This document shows, in pieces, positions 32,584-43,628 of a DNA stretch of 64,000 bases; the first letter of the stretch is position 1, and each line of letters opens with the position of its first letter. Origin of the DNA: an uncultured delta proteobacterium (GTDB lineage Bacteria; Desulfobacterota; Binatia; Bin18); assembly GCA_963733195.1 (NCBI GenBank), contig CAVTCR010000073.1:160001-224000 (forward strand), in the 5' to 3' direction. A program made the position numbers and the translations under genes. The notes beneath the pieces are model-generated. The model did no database searches. It was not told where the DNA came from and saw only the letters and a list, made by a program, of their open reading frames with translations.

Positions 32584-33147
32584 GTGAACTCGCAGTTGCG
32601 TATCCTGTTTGTAACAGCAGAAGTATTTCCTTTTGCCCGTACCGGTGGATTGGGAGATGTCTGTGGAACACTACCGCTAGGGTTTAGATATCTCGGCGAA
32701 ATGATCGTCCGTGGCGAATTGTTGCTGGGTGGTGAAGAGAGTGGAGGCTTGTCGATCCGGGGGCATGTCCCAGAAAAAGATGGGATCCTGGCTTGTCTAT
32801 TGGTTGTTGAGATGGTGGCGCGTACAGGGAAAAGTCTCAAGGTCCTTTTGCATGACCTCTTCTCTCGCGTTGGTGAACTCTATCCCCTCCGTGAGGATGT
32901 GCACCTGTCTGTTGCGCAGCAAAGCCGGTTACGGGCCGCATTGGCGGCTCCACCGATGAGTATTGCGAGCATACGTGTCGAGCGTGTGAGCACCCTAGAT
33001 GGGTTGAAACTCTACCTCCATGGAGGTAGTTGGTTGCTGGTACGTGCCTCTGGTACGGAACCTGTGGTACGATTGTATGCTGAGGCTGGACGTGAGGAGA
33101 TGACACGGGTGCTCCTTGCAGAGGCGCAGGACGTATTCCTGACCTAA
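32584..33147 (+). pseudogene. In-frame chimera: first ~31 codons of glycogen synthase (glgA) joined to the C-terminal part of a phosphogluco/mannomutase
   Basis: LRILFVTAEVFPFARTGGLGDV (GlgA ADP-glucose loop) joined to GFRYLGE..GGEESGG..PEKDG..DGLKL..RASGTEPVVRLYAE (PGM domains III-IV). Confidence 0.75.
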
Positions 33148-33159
33148 CAGGAGAGAATC

Positions 33160-34386
33160 ATGGCGAGACTCCGCATTCTTGGTATGATTATGGCAGGTGG
33201 AAAAGGCGACCGTTTGTTTCCGCTCACCAAAGCGCGGAGTAAGCCGGCCGCCCCCTTTGCCGGGAAACATCGCATCATTGATTTCGTGCTGTCGAACTTT
33301 ATCAATTCTGGTGTCTACGCTATCTATCTGTTAGTGCAGTACAAGTCGCAATCATTGATCGAACATTCGCGCTCAACCTGGCGGTGGCGTATTGGAGGGG
33401 GATTGAAAGATACCTTTATCACCGCCGTTCCGCCGCAAATGCGGCAAGGCGAGACGTGGTATCAAGGGACTGCCGACGCGGTATATCAGAATATCAACGT
33501 GATTCGTGATTTTCATCCAGACCTGATTGCCGTTTTCGGCGCAGACCACATTTACCGCATGGATCTCGAACAGATGGTCAAGTTTCATCGGGAGAATCGT
33601 GCACATGTGACGATCGCAGCACTGCCAGTGCCGCTGGATGCCGCGCCTGGATTCGGGATCATTGAAGTCGATCGTACCCAACGGATCATGGGGTTTGAAG
33701 AAAAGCCGAAGAACCCGAAACCGATGCCGACAGACACGAGCCGGGCCTACGCTTCGATGGGAAATTATCTCTTTGAAACAGAACTGCTGATCGATGCACT
33801 CCAAGAAGATGCCCAACGCGATACTGCCCATGATTTTGGCCGGACAATTATTCCGCAGCTCTTCACCAAGCGGCGAGTTTTTGCCTATGACTTTTTGACC
33901 AACGACATCCCTGGGATTAAGCCATACGAAGAACGTGGGTACTGGCGTGATGTCGGAACGCTACCAGCGTACTGGCAAGCGCATCTGGATTTGCTCGGCG
34001 CGACACCGGCTTTTGATCTTCACAACGCGCAGTGGCCGATCTTTGGCCCGGTCTACGATGGACCCCCAGCACGGTTCATCAGTGGGGAGATCGACAACAG
34101 TCTGATTGGGGAAGGCTGCTGCATTGACGGAGGAACAGTCAAACGTTCTGTCTTGGGCAGAGGCGTACGGGTCGGCAAGGATGCGGAGATTCAGGAATCC
34201 ATAGTGATGGACTATGCCGAGATTGCTCCAGGGGTCAAACTCAAAGGTGTGATCGTTGACCGTTATAATGTCATTCCTGCGGGTAGTGAAATCGGGACCG
34301 GCTCTGGAGAGGGAGAAGAACGCTACTTTCGTGAACCGTCTGGGTTGTTTGTCCTTGAGCGTGGAGAGACCCGCTCGCCCATGTAA
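33160..34386 (+). CDS. glgC: Glucose-1-phosphate adenylyltransferase
   Basis: MAGGKGDRLFPLT..RSKPA.PF.G, WYQGTADAV.QN, GADHIYRMD, EEKP, ASMGNYLF, YWRDVGT. Confidence 0.97.
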   Translation: MARLRILGMIMAGGKGDRLFPLTKARSKPAAPFAGKHRIIDFVLSNFINSGVYAIYLLVQYKSQSLIEHSRSTWRWRIGGGLKDTFITAVPPQMRQGETWYQGTADAVYQNINVIRDFHPDLIAVFGADHIYRMDLEQMVKFHRENRAHVTIAALPVPLDAAPGFGIIEVDRTQRIMGFEEKPKNPKPMPTDTSRAYASMGNYLFETELLIDALQEDAQRDTAHDFGRTIIPQLFTKRRVFAYDFLTNDIPGIKPYEERGYWRDVGTLPAYWQAHLDLLGATPAFDLHNAQWPIFGPVYDGPPARFISGEIDNSLIGEGCCIDGGTVKRSVLGRGVRVGKDAEIQESIVMDYAEIAPGVKLKGVIVDRYNVIPAGSEIGTGSGEGEERYFREPSGLFVLERGETRSPM

Positions 34387-34396
34387 GCGAGCACCT

Positions 34397-34490
34397 AATG
34401 AAGAATGAAAAATGAATAATGAAGAATACAAATGAAGCCTCCCCCTTTCAATTGGTCATTCTTCATTCTTAATTCTCAATTCTTCATTGT
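34397..34490. repeat. Inverted arrays of heptamer repeats (AATGAAG / CATTCTT), possible hairpin
   Basis: AATGAAG-like x5 followed by complementary CATTCTT-like x5 between glgC and the GH57 gene. Confidence 0.65.
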
Positions 34491-36949
34491 ATGAAGTACC
34501 TCTGCATCCACGGTCATTTCTACCAACCGCCGCGTGAGAACCCGTGGCTCGACACTATCGAGGTGCAGGATTCGGCATCTCCCAGCCACGATTGGAATGC
34601 GCGTATTACTGCTGAATGTTATTGGCCCAATGCTGCTGCGCATCGTCTAGGTGCTGACAATCGCATTACTGCCATTGCCAATAATTATGCGTCGATGAGC
34701 TTTAACTTTGGGCCGACGTTAACTGCGTGGCTGGCGCGGAACGAACCTGAGCTGCTAACCCACATTGTCGAAGCCGATCGCGTAAGTTGTGAGCAACATG
34801 CGGGATATGGAAATGCAATTGCTCAGGCCTATGGGCATGCGATCCTTCCTTTGGCAAATCCACACGATAAGCTGACGCAGGTCTATTGGGGCATTCGTGA
34901 TTTTGTGTATCGTTTCGGACGACTCCCACACGGCATGTGGCTGCCGGAGACCGCCGTCGATACCCCCACGCTTGAGGCGTTGGCTGCTCATAATCTCACG
35001 TACACGATCCTTGCCCCGCATCAGGCCAAGCGTATTCGTCGGCTAGGCCAAACGGTATGGGAAGGCGTAAACGAGGAGACGCTCGACACGCGTCGCCCGT
35101 ACGTTTGTCGTCTTCCGAGCGGAAAACAGATTGTGTTGTTCTTTTACGATGCACGAATTGCGCGGGGCGTGGCATTCGAGCATCTGCTGGATAGTGGAGA
35201 ACGTTTTGTTGAGCGGCTGGTGGCTGCCTTTCAATCGGACACTAAAGAGCCACAACTGGTCCACGTGGCGACCGATGGCGAGACCTATGGCCATCATCAT
35301 CGCTTTGGTGAAATGGCGTTCACCTTTGCCATTCACGAGCTTGAGCGCCGGGGACTCGTGCATGTTACGAACTACGGTGAATATCTTGCCCTGCATCCTC
35401 CCCAGTGGGAGGTGGAGATCGTTGAGAATAGCTCCTGGAGCTGTGCCCACGGAGTTGAGCGATGGCGGGCAGACTGTGGATGTCAGATAGGAAGTTTACC
35501 TGGCTGGACGCAACAATGGCGCGCGCCACTACGAGCAGCTCTGGATTGGCTGCGAGCGGAAATCGATGTGCTCTTTGAGCGTCAGGCTGGGGTCTTTTTA
35601 CGAGATCCCTGGGCAGCGCGGGACGCCTATATCGAGGTTGTCCTTGATCGCTCACCGCAGCGCGTTGACGAATTCTGTATGCAACATGCCGGACGAGTGC
35701 TTGTGCCGGCAGAGCAGCAATCCGTCCTGAAATTGCTCGAATTGCAACGTCATCGGCTATTGATGTTCACTAGCTGTGGTTGGTTCTTCGATGAGTTGTC
35801 GGGGTTAGAGGGAACACAGATCCTCCGCTATGCTGCGCGGGCAGTCGAATTGGCGAAAGAAAATGGAGTCTCGCTCGAAGCAGAATTCGTTGAGCGACTC
35901 CGCCGCGCGCCAAGTAACCTTCCTGAGATAGGCGATGGTGGTCAACTCTATCTGCGTACGGTGAGGCCCGCCCGCATCGATTTCTCCCAGGGTTGTCGCC
36001 AATCTTGCTATGGGTCAGATTTTAGAGCCCAAGTTGCTGCATGAGGCGCCCCCAGCATTCGCTGTGCAACGGCAGGACTATGAAGAAGAAAGTTACGGGG
36101 CGACTGCGCTCGGAGTAGGGCGTATGCAGGTTGAATCATGCTTTACGCAAGAGGCGCGCGCGCTTGTCTTTGCCGTGCTGAAGCTGAGCATGCATGACGT
36201 TCACTGTGTCGTCCGTGAGAACATGACAGACTCTGACTATCAACAGCTGAAAACGACGTTGATCAAAACCTTTGCACGACACTCGTTATCAGAGGTCGTG
36301 CGGAGTCTCGATCGCACGTTTGGCGAGAACTATTACACAGCCAAAGACCTCTTTCTTGATGATCGCCGCCGAGTGCTAGCGCAGATCGGTGAAGGAATGT
36401 TGGACCGGCTTGAAGAAACCTATCGTCAGCTCTATCACGAGAACCGTCGCTTGATGGAGTATCTGCATGAGCTCAACGTGCCACTCCCGCAGGGATTTTC
36501 GCTTGCAGCCGAGTTTCTTGTGAATCGCACCTTTAGTCGCGTCATGGTGAACGTGATCGAGAAAGGGCAGAACGATGACGAGGTAGAGGAAGTGTTGAGG
36601 GAAGCGCGCAAATGGCAGGTCCCGTTGGCGACAAAAGAGTCAGAACACCTCGTCTGTCGAGCAATTGAAGGACATATTGCTACGATGCTTACCGATCCCT
36701 TGAGTAACGGCGTGACGATTGCTTCTCGGCTGTTGCAAGTTGCTGAACATGTGAATCTGAGACTTCATTTGTGGCGTGCACAAATGCTCTTTGTTCAAGT
36801 CTGTCGCCGGCATCTTCACGACTTGTTGAGCCGTCGAGGTGACGACAAAATGGTTGCGCGTCAGCTCACTGTGCTCCGTCAGCTTAGGGGAGCAATTACA
36901 CTTTGCTGTAGTCGAAAATATTTCTCTTGATGCCTGGGAAGCAACCTGA
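34491..36949 (+). CDS. Glycoside hydrolase family 57 / DUF3536 protein (frameshifts near 35990 and 36890)
   Basis: IHGHFYQPPRENPW, SFNFGPTL, GMWLPETAVD, ATDGETYGHH, SWSCAHGVERW, LMFTSCGWFFDE. Confidence 0.9.
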
Positions 36950-36995
36950 GGCCGAGGGCTCAGGTAAGGAACTGGAACAACCCCTACTTATACCC

Positions 36996-37045
36996 CGCTC
37001 GCCCTGAGCGTACTCTGAGCTTGTCGAAAGGGAAGTCGAAGGATA
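36996..37045. repeat. REP-like palindrome of the CCTGAGC...TCGAAGG family
   Basis: GCCCTGAGCGTACTCTGAGCTTGTCGAAAGGGAAGTCGAAGG resembles the inner units of the MITE copies. Confidence 0.5.
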
Positions 37046-37150
37046 GGGGACATTAAACGCACAACTTTCAGACATAAGCCGACTAGGGTTGCCCATGTAG
37101 TTGGTCCGCCGTTTTTCCTGTACTAGAGGGAAAATAACAAGGGGGTATGT

Positions 37151-37729
37151 ATGACCTGGATCAAGACGCAATCACCAGCAGAGAACCACGCCGTGAGTGA
37201 GGTCCTAGAGAAATTACAGGTGCTCTATCCTAAAGAATATGACGCTTCCCGTCGTCATGAACGGCTACTGCCTGATCTCGTGAAAAACGACAGCATTATG
37301 CTGTCGCACTCGTTGATTCCACAAGCGATGTATCATGCATTTGCGACGTACGGTGCGGCGATGGACCCGAGCCTGCCTTTGACGCGCCGTCAGCATGAGA
37401 TGATTGCAACGGTCGTCTCGACGCTCAATCGTTGTTTCTATTGAATTGAATCGCACGCAGAGTTTCTGCGGAGTGTCAGCCTTGATACAGAGCTCGCCGA
37501 GGCACTGAAGCGGGATTGGCGCGAGACACAACTGGATATGCGCGATCACGCTATGTTGGAGTATGTTGAAAAGATCACCAAAAACCCGCCTTCCATCTGG
37601 CGTGACGATATGGACGCGCTTCGGAAAGTTGGGTTCGATGACACGGGGATTCTCCAGATCACGCTGATTGCCTCGTTCTTCAACTACATCAATCGCATCG
37701 CTGATGCATTGGGAGTGGGGCGAGAGTAA
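37151..37729 (+). CDS. AhpD/carboxymuconolactone decarboxylase-like peroxidase, probable selenoprotein (UGA 37442-37444 read as Sec; 192 aa)
   Basis: ORFs 37151-37444 and 37538-37729 share a frame and are separated only by one TGA: LTRRQHEMIATVVSTLNRCFY-U-IESHAEFL...FFNYINRIADALGV, which gives the AhpD CxxCxxxH motif; hairpin just downstream. Confidence 0.85.
37454..37475 (+). promoter_or_regulatory. Candidate bacterial SECIS hairpin
   Basis: Stem CGCAGA (37456-61)/TCTGCG (37465-70) with apical GTT; the loop G lies 18 nt after the UGA. Confidence 0.6.
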
Positions 37730-37819
37730 GAGTTTTCCCATCACTCCCTTTATGCTACCTTCCCAAGGCCGCACTCAGCGTGGCGAACGAGACTACAATA
37801 AATACAAGGAGAGTCGTCC

Positions 37820-39772
37820 ATGGCCGAGCATGTGGAAAAGGTGCCAACCTACGACATTCCCGCAGCGATTAAGGGGACTACAGCCATTACGCCTGAGCTG
37901 TATGCACAGCTCTATCAACGCTCAATTCAAGATCCAGAGAACTTTTGGGCCGAACAGGCCGACAAATTTGTCACATGGTTCAAGAAGTGGGATAAAATCC
38001 TGGAGTGGGATTTTCATCAAGCCAACATTAAGTGGTTTATTGGTGGAAAACTAAATGTTTCCTATAATTGCTTAGATCGCCACGTGGAAGCCGGAGCCGG
38101 TGGACAGACCGCGATTATCTGGCAAGGTAACGATGCCGGTGAGTCGCGGAAACTTACTTACGCTGAACTGCTAGGAGAAGTCTGTCAATTCGCTAATGCT
38201 TTGAAGTCTTTAGGAGTGAAGAGGGGTGACCGCGTCTGTATCTATATGCAGATGGTGCCAGAACTTGCAGTAGCGATGCTCGCCTGTACGCGCATTGGGG
38301 CAGTCCACTCTGTTGTGTTTGGCGCGTTTTCTGCCGAGTCACTACGGGATCGCATCCAGGATTCAACCTGTAAAGTGCTGATTACCCAAGACACCGCGTT
38401 GCGCGGAGCCAAGAACGATATCCCCATGAAAGCCAATGCTGATGATGCTCTTGAACACTGCCCATCGATCGAGAAGGTGGTAGTTGTGCGTCGGACCGGT
38501 CACTCGATTACGATGAAGTCCGGGCGCGATGTGTGGTGGCATGATCTTGTGTCGCAGCAATCCTCAACTTGCGTGCCGGAACAGATGGATGCCGAAGACC
38601 CGCTGTTCATTCTCTATACATCAGGATCAACCGGTAAACCGAAAGGCGTGCTGCATACCACCGGTGGATATCTTACTCATGTGTCTATCACTCATAAATA
38701 CGTTTTTGATTATCGTCCGGGTGACATTTATTGGTGCACAGCAGATTGCGGGTGGGTGACGGGGCATAGCTATGTGGTCTATGGCCCGTTATCGAATCGG
38801 GCTACCACGATCATGTTCGAGGGTGTGCCCAACTACCCCGACTTTGGCCGCTTCTGGCAGGTGGTTGAACAACACAAAGTGAACATCATTTACACCGCAC
38901 CAACGGCACTGCGGGCGCTGATGAAAGAGGGGGATTCCTGGCCTAATAAGTACGATCTCTCCAGCCTGCGCATACTTGGCACTGTTGGTGAGCCGATCAA
39001 AAGTCCGGAATGGCATTGGTATTTTCAGGTCATCGGCAAAGAACGTGCGCCAGTCGTGGATACATGGTGGCAGACAGAAACCGGTGGCATTCTCATTACC
39101 CCACAACCCGGAGCAATCAAAACGAAGCCAGGCTCAGCGACCTTACCGTTTTTTGGTGTCCAGCCGTGTCTAGTGGACGAACAAGGCAATGAGCTGAATG
39201 GCAATGACGTGACCGGTAACCTGTGCATCAAGTTCCCGTGGCCGGGAATTATGCGTACGGTGTACGGCGATCATGAGCGGTTCCGTCAAACCTACTTTGC
39301 CATGTATCCCGGCAAGTATTTCACTGGTGATGGTTGTCGCCGCGATGAAGATGGATATTACTGGATCACAGGTCGTGTTGATGACGTGATTAATGTTTCC
39401 GGCCATCGCATCGGCACAGCAGAAATTGAAGGGGCGATTGGTCGCCATTCCTCTGTTGCCGAAGCTGCGGTTGTTGGCATGCCGCACGATCTCAAAGGGC
39501 AGGGGATCTACGCCTTTGTCACGTTGAAAACTGGGCAGCATGTGACTCCGGGTTTAACCAAGGAAATCAACGATACCGTGCGCCACGAGATCGGCCCACA
39601 TGCGACGCCGGATAAAATTCAGTTCACCGACGGATTACCGAAAACTCGTAGTGGTAAGATCATGCGCCGCATTTTGCGCAAGATCGGCGAAGGGGCGATT
39701 GATCAACTTGGTGATACTTCGACACTCGCTGATCCGTCTGTCGTGGATCAATTGGTGACGGGAAGACAATAG
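37820..39772 (+). CDS. acs: Acetyl-CoA synthetase (AMP-forming)
   Basis: [67 protein letters not shown]. Confidence 0.97.
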   Translation: MAEHVEKVPTYDIPAAIKGTTAITPELYAQLYQRSIQDPENFWAEQADKFVTWFKKWDKILEWDFHQANIKWFIGGKLNVSYNCLDRHVEAGAGGQTAIIWQGNDAGESRKLTYAELLGEVCQFANALKSLGVKRGDRVCIYMQMVPELAVAMLACTRIGAVHSVVFGAFSAESLRDRIQDSTCKVLITQDTALRGAKNDIPMKANADDALEHCPSIEKVVVVRRTGHSITMKSGRDVWWHDLVSQQSSTCVPEQMDAEDPLFILYTSGSTGKPKGVLHTTGGYLTHVSITHKYVFDYRPGDIYWCTADCGWVTGHSYVVYGPLSNRATTIMFEGVPNYPDFGRFWQVVEQHKVNIIYTAPTALRALMKEGDSWPNKYDLSSLRILGTVGEPIKSPEWHWYFQVIGKERAPVVDTWWQTETGGILITPQPGAIKTKPGSATLPFFGVQPCLVDEQGNELNGNDVTGNLCIKFPWPGIMRTVYGDHERFRQTYFAMYPGKYFTGDGCRRDEDGYYWITGRVDDVINVSGHRIGTAEIEGAIGRHSSVAEAAVVGMPHDLKGQGIYAFVTLKTGQHVTPGLTKEINDTVRHEIGPHATPDKIQFTDGLPKTRSGKIMRRILRKIGEGAIDQLGDTSTLADPSVVDQLVTGRQ

Positions 39773-39775
39773 GCT

Positions 39776-39885
39776 GAGTTAAAAGTTAAGAATTAAGAGT
39801 GAAGAATGAAAGATGGGGAATAAAATCTTCATTAATTGTTTTTTCTTCTGTAATTCTTAACTCTTTATTCTTCATTCTTCATTAT
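39776..39885. repeat. Inverted heptamer-repeat arrays (AAGAATT/GAAGAAT versus ATTCTTC)
   Basis: Same style as 34397-34490; lies between acs and cysS. Confidence 0.55.
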
Positions 39886-39889
39886 TTTT

Positions 39890-41329
39890 ATGTTGCATTT
39901 CTACAACACTCTTACTGGAAAAGACGAACAATTCACCCCGTTCACACCCGGCAAAGTACGGATGTACGTGTGCGGAGTGACGGTCTATGACCGTTCGCAC
40001 ATCGGTCACGCGCGAGCCTTGGTTACGTTTGACGTCGTCTATCGCTATCTGAAGTTCCTTGGTTACGAGGTTACTTTCATACGTAACTTTACTGATGTGG
40101 ATGACAAGATCATCAATCGCGCCAATGAACGCGGCATTTCCTCGCAAGAATTGTCTGAGCAATATATTCGGGAATTTACCGAAGACATGACGGCACTGCG
40201 TTGCTTACCACCTACGTACGAACCGCGCGCGACGCAGCATATTCCTGAGATGATCGCCATTATTCAGGAACTAGAGGCTAAAGGACTCGCGTATTCCACT
40301 GATGGTGATGTGTACTTCGCGGTCGACAAGTTTCCGACCTACGGCAAACTCTCGCATCGTCGCCTTGACGATATGATGGCTGGTGCGCGTATCGAGATCG
40401 ATGAACGTAAACATCACCCAATGGATTTTGCCTTGTGGAAAAGTAGTAAACCGGGAGAGCCGACGTGGGACAGCCCATGGGGTAAAGGCCGACCAGGCTG
40501 GCACATTGAGTGCTCAGCGATGTGCAGCAAGTATCTTGGTCAGCCATTTGATATTCACGGTGGTGGCTCAGACCTGATCTTTCCGCACCATGAGAACGAA
40601 ATTGCCCAGTCCGAAGGAGCGAAAGGAACCGAACTTGCACGTTACTGGCTGCACAACGGCATGGTCACCGTTGAGCAAGAAAAGATGTCCAAATCGTTGG
40701 GCAACTTTCTGACGATCAAAGATGCATTAACGAAAACCACACCAGAAGTGTTACGTTTCGTGTTGCTTTCGACTCATTACCGTATGCCTCTCGACTTCTC
40801 GATGCAGAAAGTCGAAGAGGCAGAGAAGGGGCTCACCCGTATCTACGAGACTCTCGCGCGAGTTGATGCGGCACTTGGGGGTTCTTCTTCTTGGACTAAG
40901 GAACTCCGAACTCCGAACTCCGAACTCCGAACTCGGTTTTGCGAAGCAATGGATGACGACTGCAACACCGCGCGTGTGCTTGGTGTGGTCTTCGAGACAG
41001 TGCGTGAAATGAATCGTGTGCTGGATGCTGGACAAACCACCGACTTGGCAGCCACGCGAGCCGATCTTGCGGCCATTGCGTCAGTCCTCGGCATCATGAA
41101 CGAAGTTCCGGCGCAGTTCCTCGAAGCGCAAAAACAACGTGGCCTGGCGCAATCACAGTTGACACCAGAAAAGATCGAGCAGCTCATTGCCGAACGCGCT
41201 GCTGCCCGTAAAGCAAAAGACTTCAAGCGCGGGGATACGATTCGCGATCAACTTGCCGAACAAGGCGTGATCCTCAAAGATAGTCCAACCGGCACGACCT
41301 GGACGATAGAAGGTGGGCGGAAGGGGTAG
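39890..41329 (+). CDS. cysS: Cysteine--tRNA ligase
   Basis: MYVCGVTVYD..HIGH, PGWHIECSAM, DIHGGGSDLIFPHHENE, KMSKSLGNF. Confidence 0.98.
   Translation: MLHFYNTLTGKDEQFTPFTPGKVRMYVCGVTVYDRSHIGHARALVTFDVVYRYLKFLGYEVTFIRNFTDVDDKIINRANERGISSQELSEQYIREFTEDMTALRCLPPTYEPRATQHIPEMIAIIQELEAKGLAYSTDGDVYFAVDKFPTYGKLSHRRLDDMMAGARIEIDERKHHPMDFALWKSSKPGEPTWDSPWGKGRPGWHIECSAMCSKYLGQPFDIHGGGSDLIFPHHENEIAQSEGAKGTELARYWLHNGMVTVEQEKMSKSLGNFLTIKDALTKTTPEVLRFVLLSTHYRMPLDFSMQKVEEAEKGLTRIYETLARVDAALGGSSSWTKELRTPNSELRTRFCEAMDDDCNTARVLGVVFETVREMNRVLDAGQTTDLAATRADLAAIASVLGIMNEVPAQFLEAQKQRGLAQSQLTPEKIEQLIAERAAARKAKDFKRGDTIRDQLAEQGVILKDSPTGTTWTIEGGRKG
40901..40935 (+). repeat. GAACTCC tandem repeat (about 5 copies) inside cysS
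   Basis: GAACTCC x4 + GAACTCG, encoding ELRTPNSELRTR. Confidence 0.9.
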
Positions 41330-42131
41330 CCTCATTTTTATCGGAGCACGGTGTGTTTCACGCGCTACGAGTGCGATGCCCAGAAGCTTGCTTCGTTCCC
41401 AGGATCCTATAGAATCGGTGCCCCGCAGCAAGCTATGAAGTTCTTTACTCCTTTTTTCTGCCGTTCCGTTAAGTCGAAGGAAACCAACTGCTTGTATATA
41501 TCCACAGGTGAAACGAGCCCTCCCTAATCGTCGTGTTCCCATGTTCGCTCAGCTCATGTTGCGTTGGCCCTTGCGCCTATTGCGCTGGCTTTGTTTCGTT
41601 GTTTTTTGCTTTTATGGGCTGTGTCTAGTGGCGTTGTTCTACCTCAAGTGGTTGCCGCCACTTTCGACTACTGTCCAGATGCAACGTCGTATCGAAGCAT
41701 TTTTTCTGGCAGAACCGTACACCAAGCGATATGATTTCGTTCCACTTACAGAGCTGCCTCTTCATCTTGCCCGTGCTGCTGTTGCTACTGAGGATGCCCG
41801 CTTTTTCGATCACAATGGTGTCGACTGGCGCGAGTTAGACGCCCTGCTCGATAAGGCGAAACATCGCGGTCACTTGACTCGTGGTGGCTCAACGATCACA
41901 CAACAATTGGTGAAGAACCTTTTTCTCACGACGCATCGTTCGCTGTGGCGGAAGGTGTTGGAGTTTACGCTCATTCCCCTAGCTGAGCTGCTGCTGACGA
42001 AAGAGCGAATTCTGGAGCTATATTTGAATGTCGTCGAATGGGGGCCTGGAATGTATGGAGCCGAGGCCGCGGCGCAATTTCATTATGGTATCTCGGCAAA
42101 ACGCCTGACTCGTGATCAAGCTGCACGACTA

Positions 42132-43511
42132 GTGGATCGCTTCACAAGTGTCTCACCCAGCTAAACCGTTAGTGGCCGCCCTGTATAAGTCCACTTGAAT
42201 GGTTTCGCGAGTGTCGCATTGAAGTATGCGATGAACTCCAGAATTCTCTGGCGCAGTTCGGCCGTTGATTTGCATGATGCGCGTTTGAGTAAACGACGCA
42301 CCAGAATGCTGAACCACAGTTCGATCTGATTGAGCCACGAGCAATGCTTGGGCGTGTAGACAAACCGGAGGCGATGTTCCGTGCAGAAAAGAAACTCGGC
42401 GCGAGTGGGCATGGATTTCAGGATGCCGGCTTTGCCTTTCTCCCCCAGATCGCCCGTCTCACCGATGGTGTTCGCAACCCATTGGACCAGCGATTCCGAT
42501 TGATGGGTGTTGAGTTGATCGGTGATGAAGATCCATCGATCATCCGGAGCGGTCGCGACTGTCCGTGCAATATGGGCAACGAAGTCTTGTTCCGTGCGCG
42601 TCGCACCAAGGCTGGGAGCGAGCTGTTTTCCGGTCGCCACCTCGAAATTGGCAGTCAGGCATTGCGTGCCGTGACGAACGTATTCGTATTCCTGCCGTTC
42701 GGTCTTGCCCGCTTGGCCGGCGACGCCCGGGTGCATCGGCTTTGTGGGCGCGGCGCGTTCAAGTGCTTGAATCCCAGTCTTTTCGTCTGTGCTCACGAGA
42801 TGAACGCCTTGGGCATGCAGAGCGGCAGCCTGGTGGGAAAGCTCGCACACTGTTTTGACTTGCTCGCGAAACTCTTCCGTGTTTCGGTCCGGTGCGTTGA
42901 GCCAGTACTCAATCCGATGCGGTTTGAGATCGGCCTGATTTTAAAAAACGCTCGACACTTGACGGGGAGATGCTTGCGACGAGTTTGCGTTTGATAACCT
43001 CGTCGGCCAACTCCGCTGGCGTCCAGTGACTGATGGGGCGCTCGCTCTTGGCCGGTTCTTCGCACGCGACCGCGATGATCTGCACGATCTGCTCAGCCGT
43101 GAAGGTCGGTGGCGTTCCACTCCGCGGCAGATCACTCAAGCCAGTCAGGACCAAGGCACGCAAATCTTCGTCGCTGATCTCGGCGGCTTCGGCGCTTGTC
43201 AGTTTCGGGCTCACCTCGATCCAGCGTGCGCGCCAATAACGAACGGTTCCGCGATCCAGATTTTGCGTGCGCACCAATTCGTGATTGCCGGCTCCATCGG
43301 ACATCGCCAGAATCAACGAGGCGCGAACAACCAACCGGTATTCCGTGCTGCGTTGCCGAGCCATTTCTTCAATGATCTTCCGAACTCTTGCGGTGAGTTC
43401 GATCTTCGGAGCGGCTCTATACGGCATCTGTTACTCCTGATAGAGGGATAACTTCCTGCCGCAATTTTATCACCCTTCAATATTGGGTGGAGAATTTTTA
43501 GAAGGCTCCAC
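42132..43511 (-). mobile_element. IS630-family insertion sequence (~1380 bp)
   Basis: CTAG at both junctions (42129-32 and 43511-14; TA duplication), ends GTGGA.../...TCCAC, HTH and DDE ORFs. Confidence 0.92.
42161..43427 (-). CDS. IS630 transposase, two ORFs joined by a probable programmed frameshift
   Basis: OrfA 42909-43427 (HTH, DLPRSGTP, HWT...LA); OrfB with STDEKTGIQA, YEYVRHGT, DQLNTH, TPKHCSWLNQIE.WF; minus-strand slippery run TTTTTTAAAA at 42939-42948. Confidence 0.9.
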
Positions 43512-43628
43512 TAGTGGCGTGTTTGCCAGCTCCGTTGGAGCGGCGACCTCAGAATATGGATGAACGTGCGGTGGACATCGTTGAGCGTATGCGGGATATG
43601 GGGTGGTAATTTAGTAGAAGGAGAGCCT

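Larger units (their letters stand above)
41508..43609 (+). pseudogene. mtgA: Monofunctional peptidoglycan transglycosylase interrupted by IS630
   Basis: EDARFFDHNGVDW, RGGSTITQQLVKNLFL, KERILELYLNVVEWG; removing the IS restores AARLVACLPAPLERRPQNMDERAVDIVERMRDMGW* ending at 43609. Confidence 0.9.

Noticed and set aside
34397-34490. Repeat arrays as CRISPR
   Set aside because: Short degenerate heptamers without spacers; no cas genes and no repeat-spacer array seen in the window.
42344-43451. Long plus-strand ORFs inside the IS630
   Set aside because: Antisense shadows of the transposase with no recognisable motifs.
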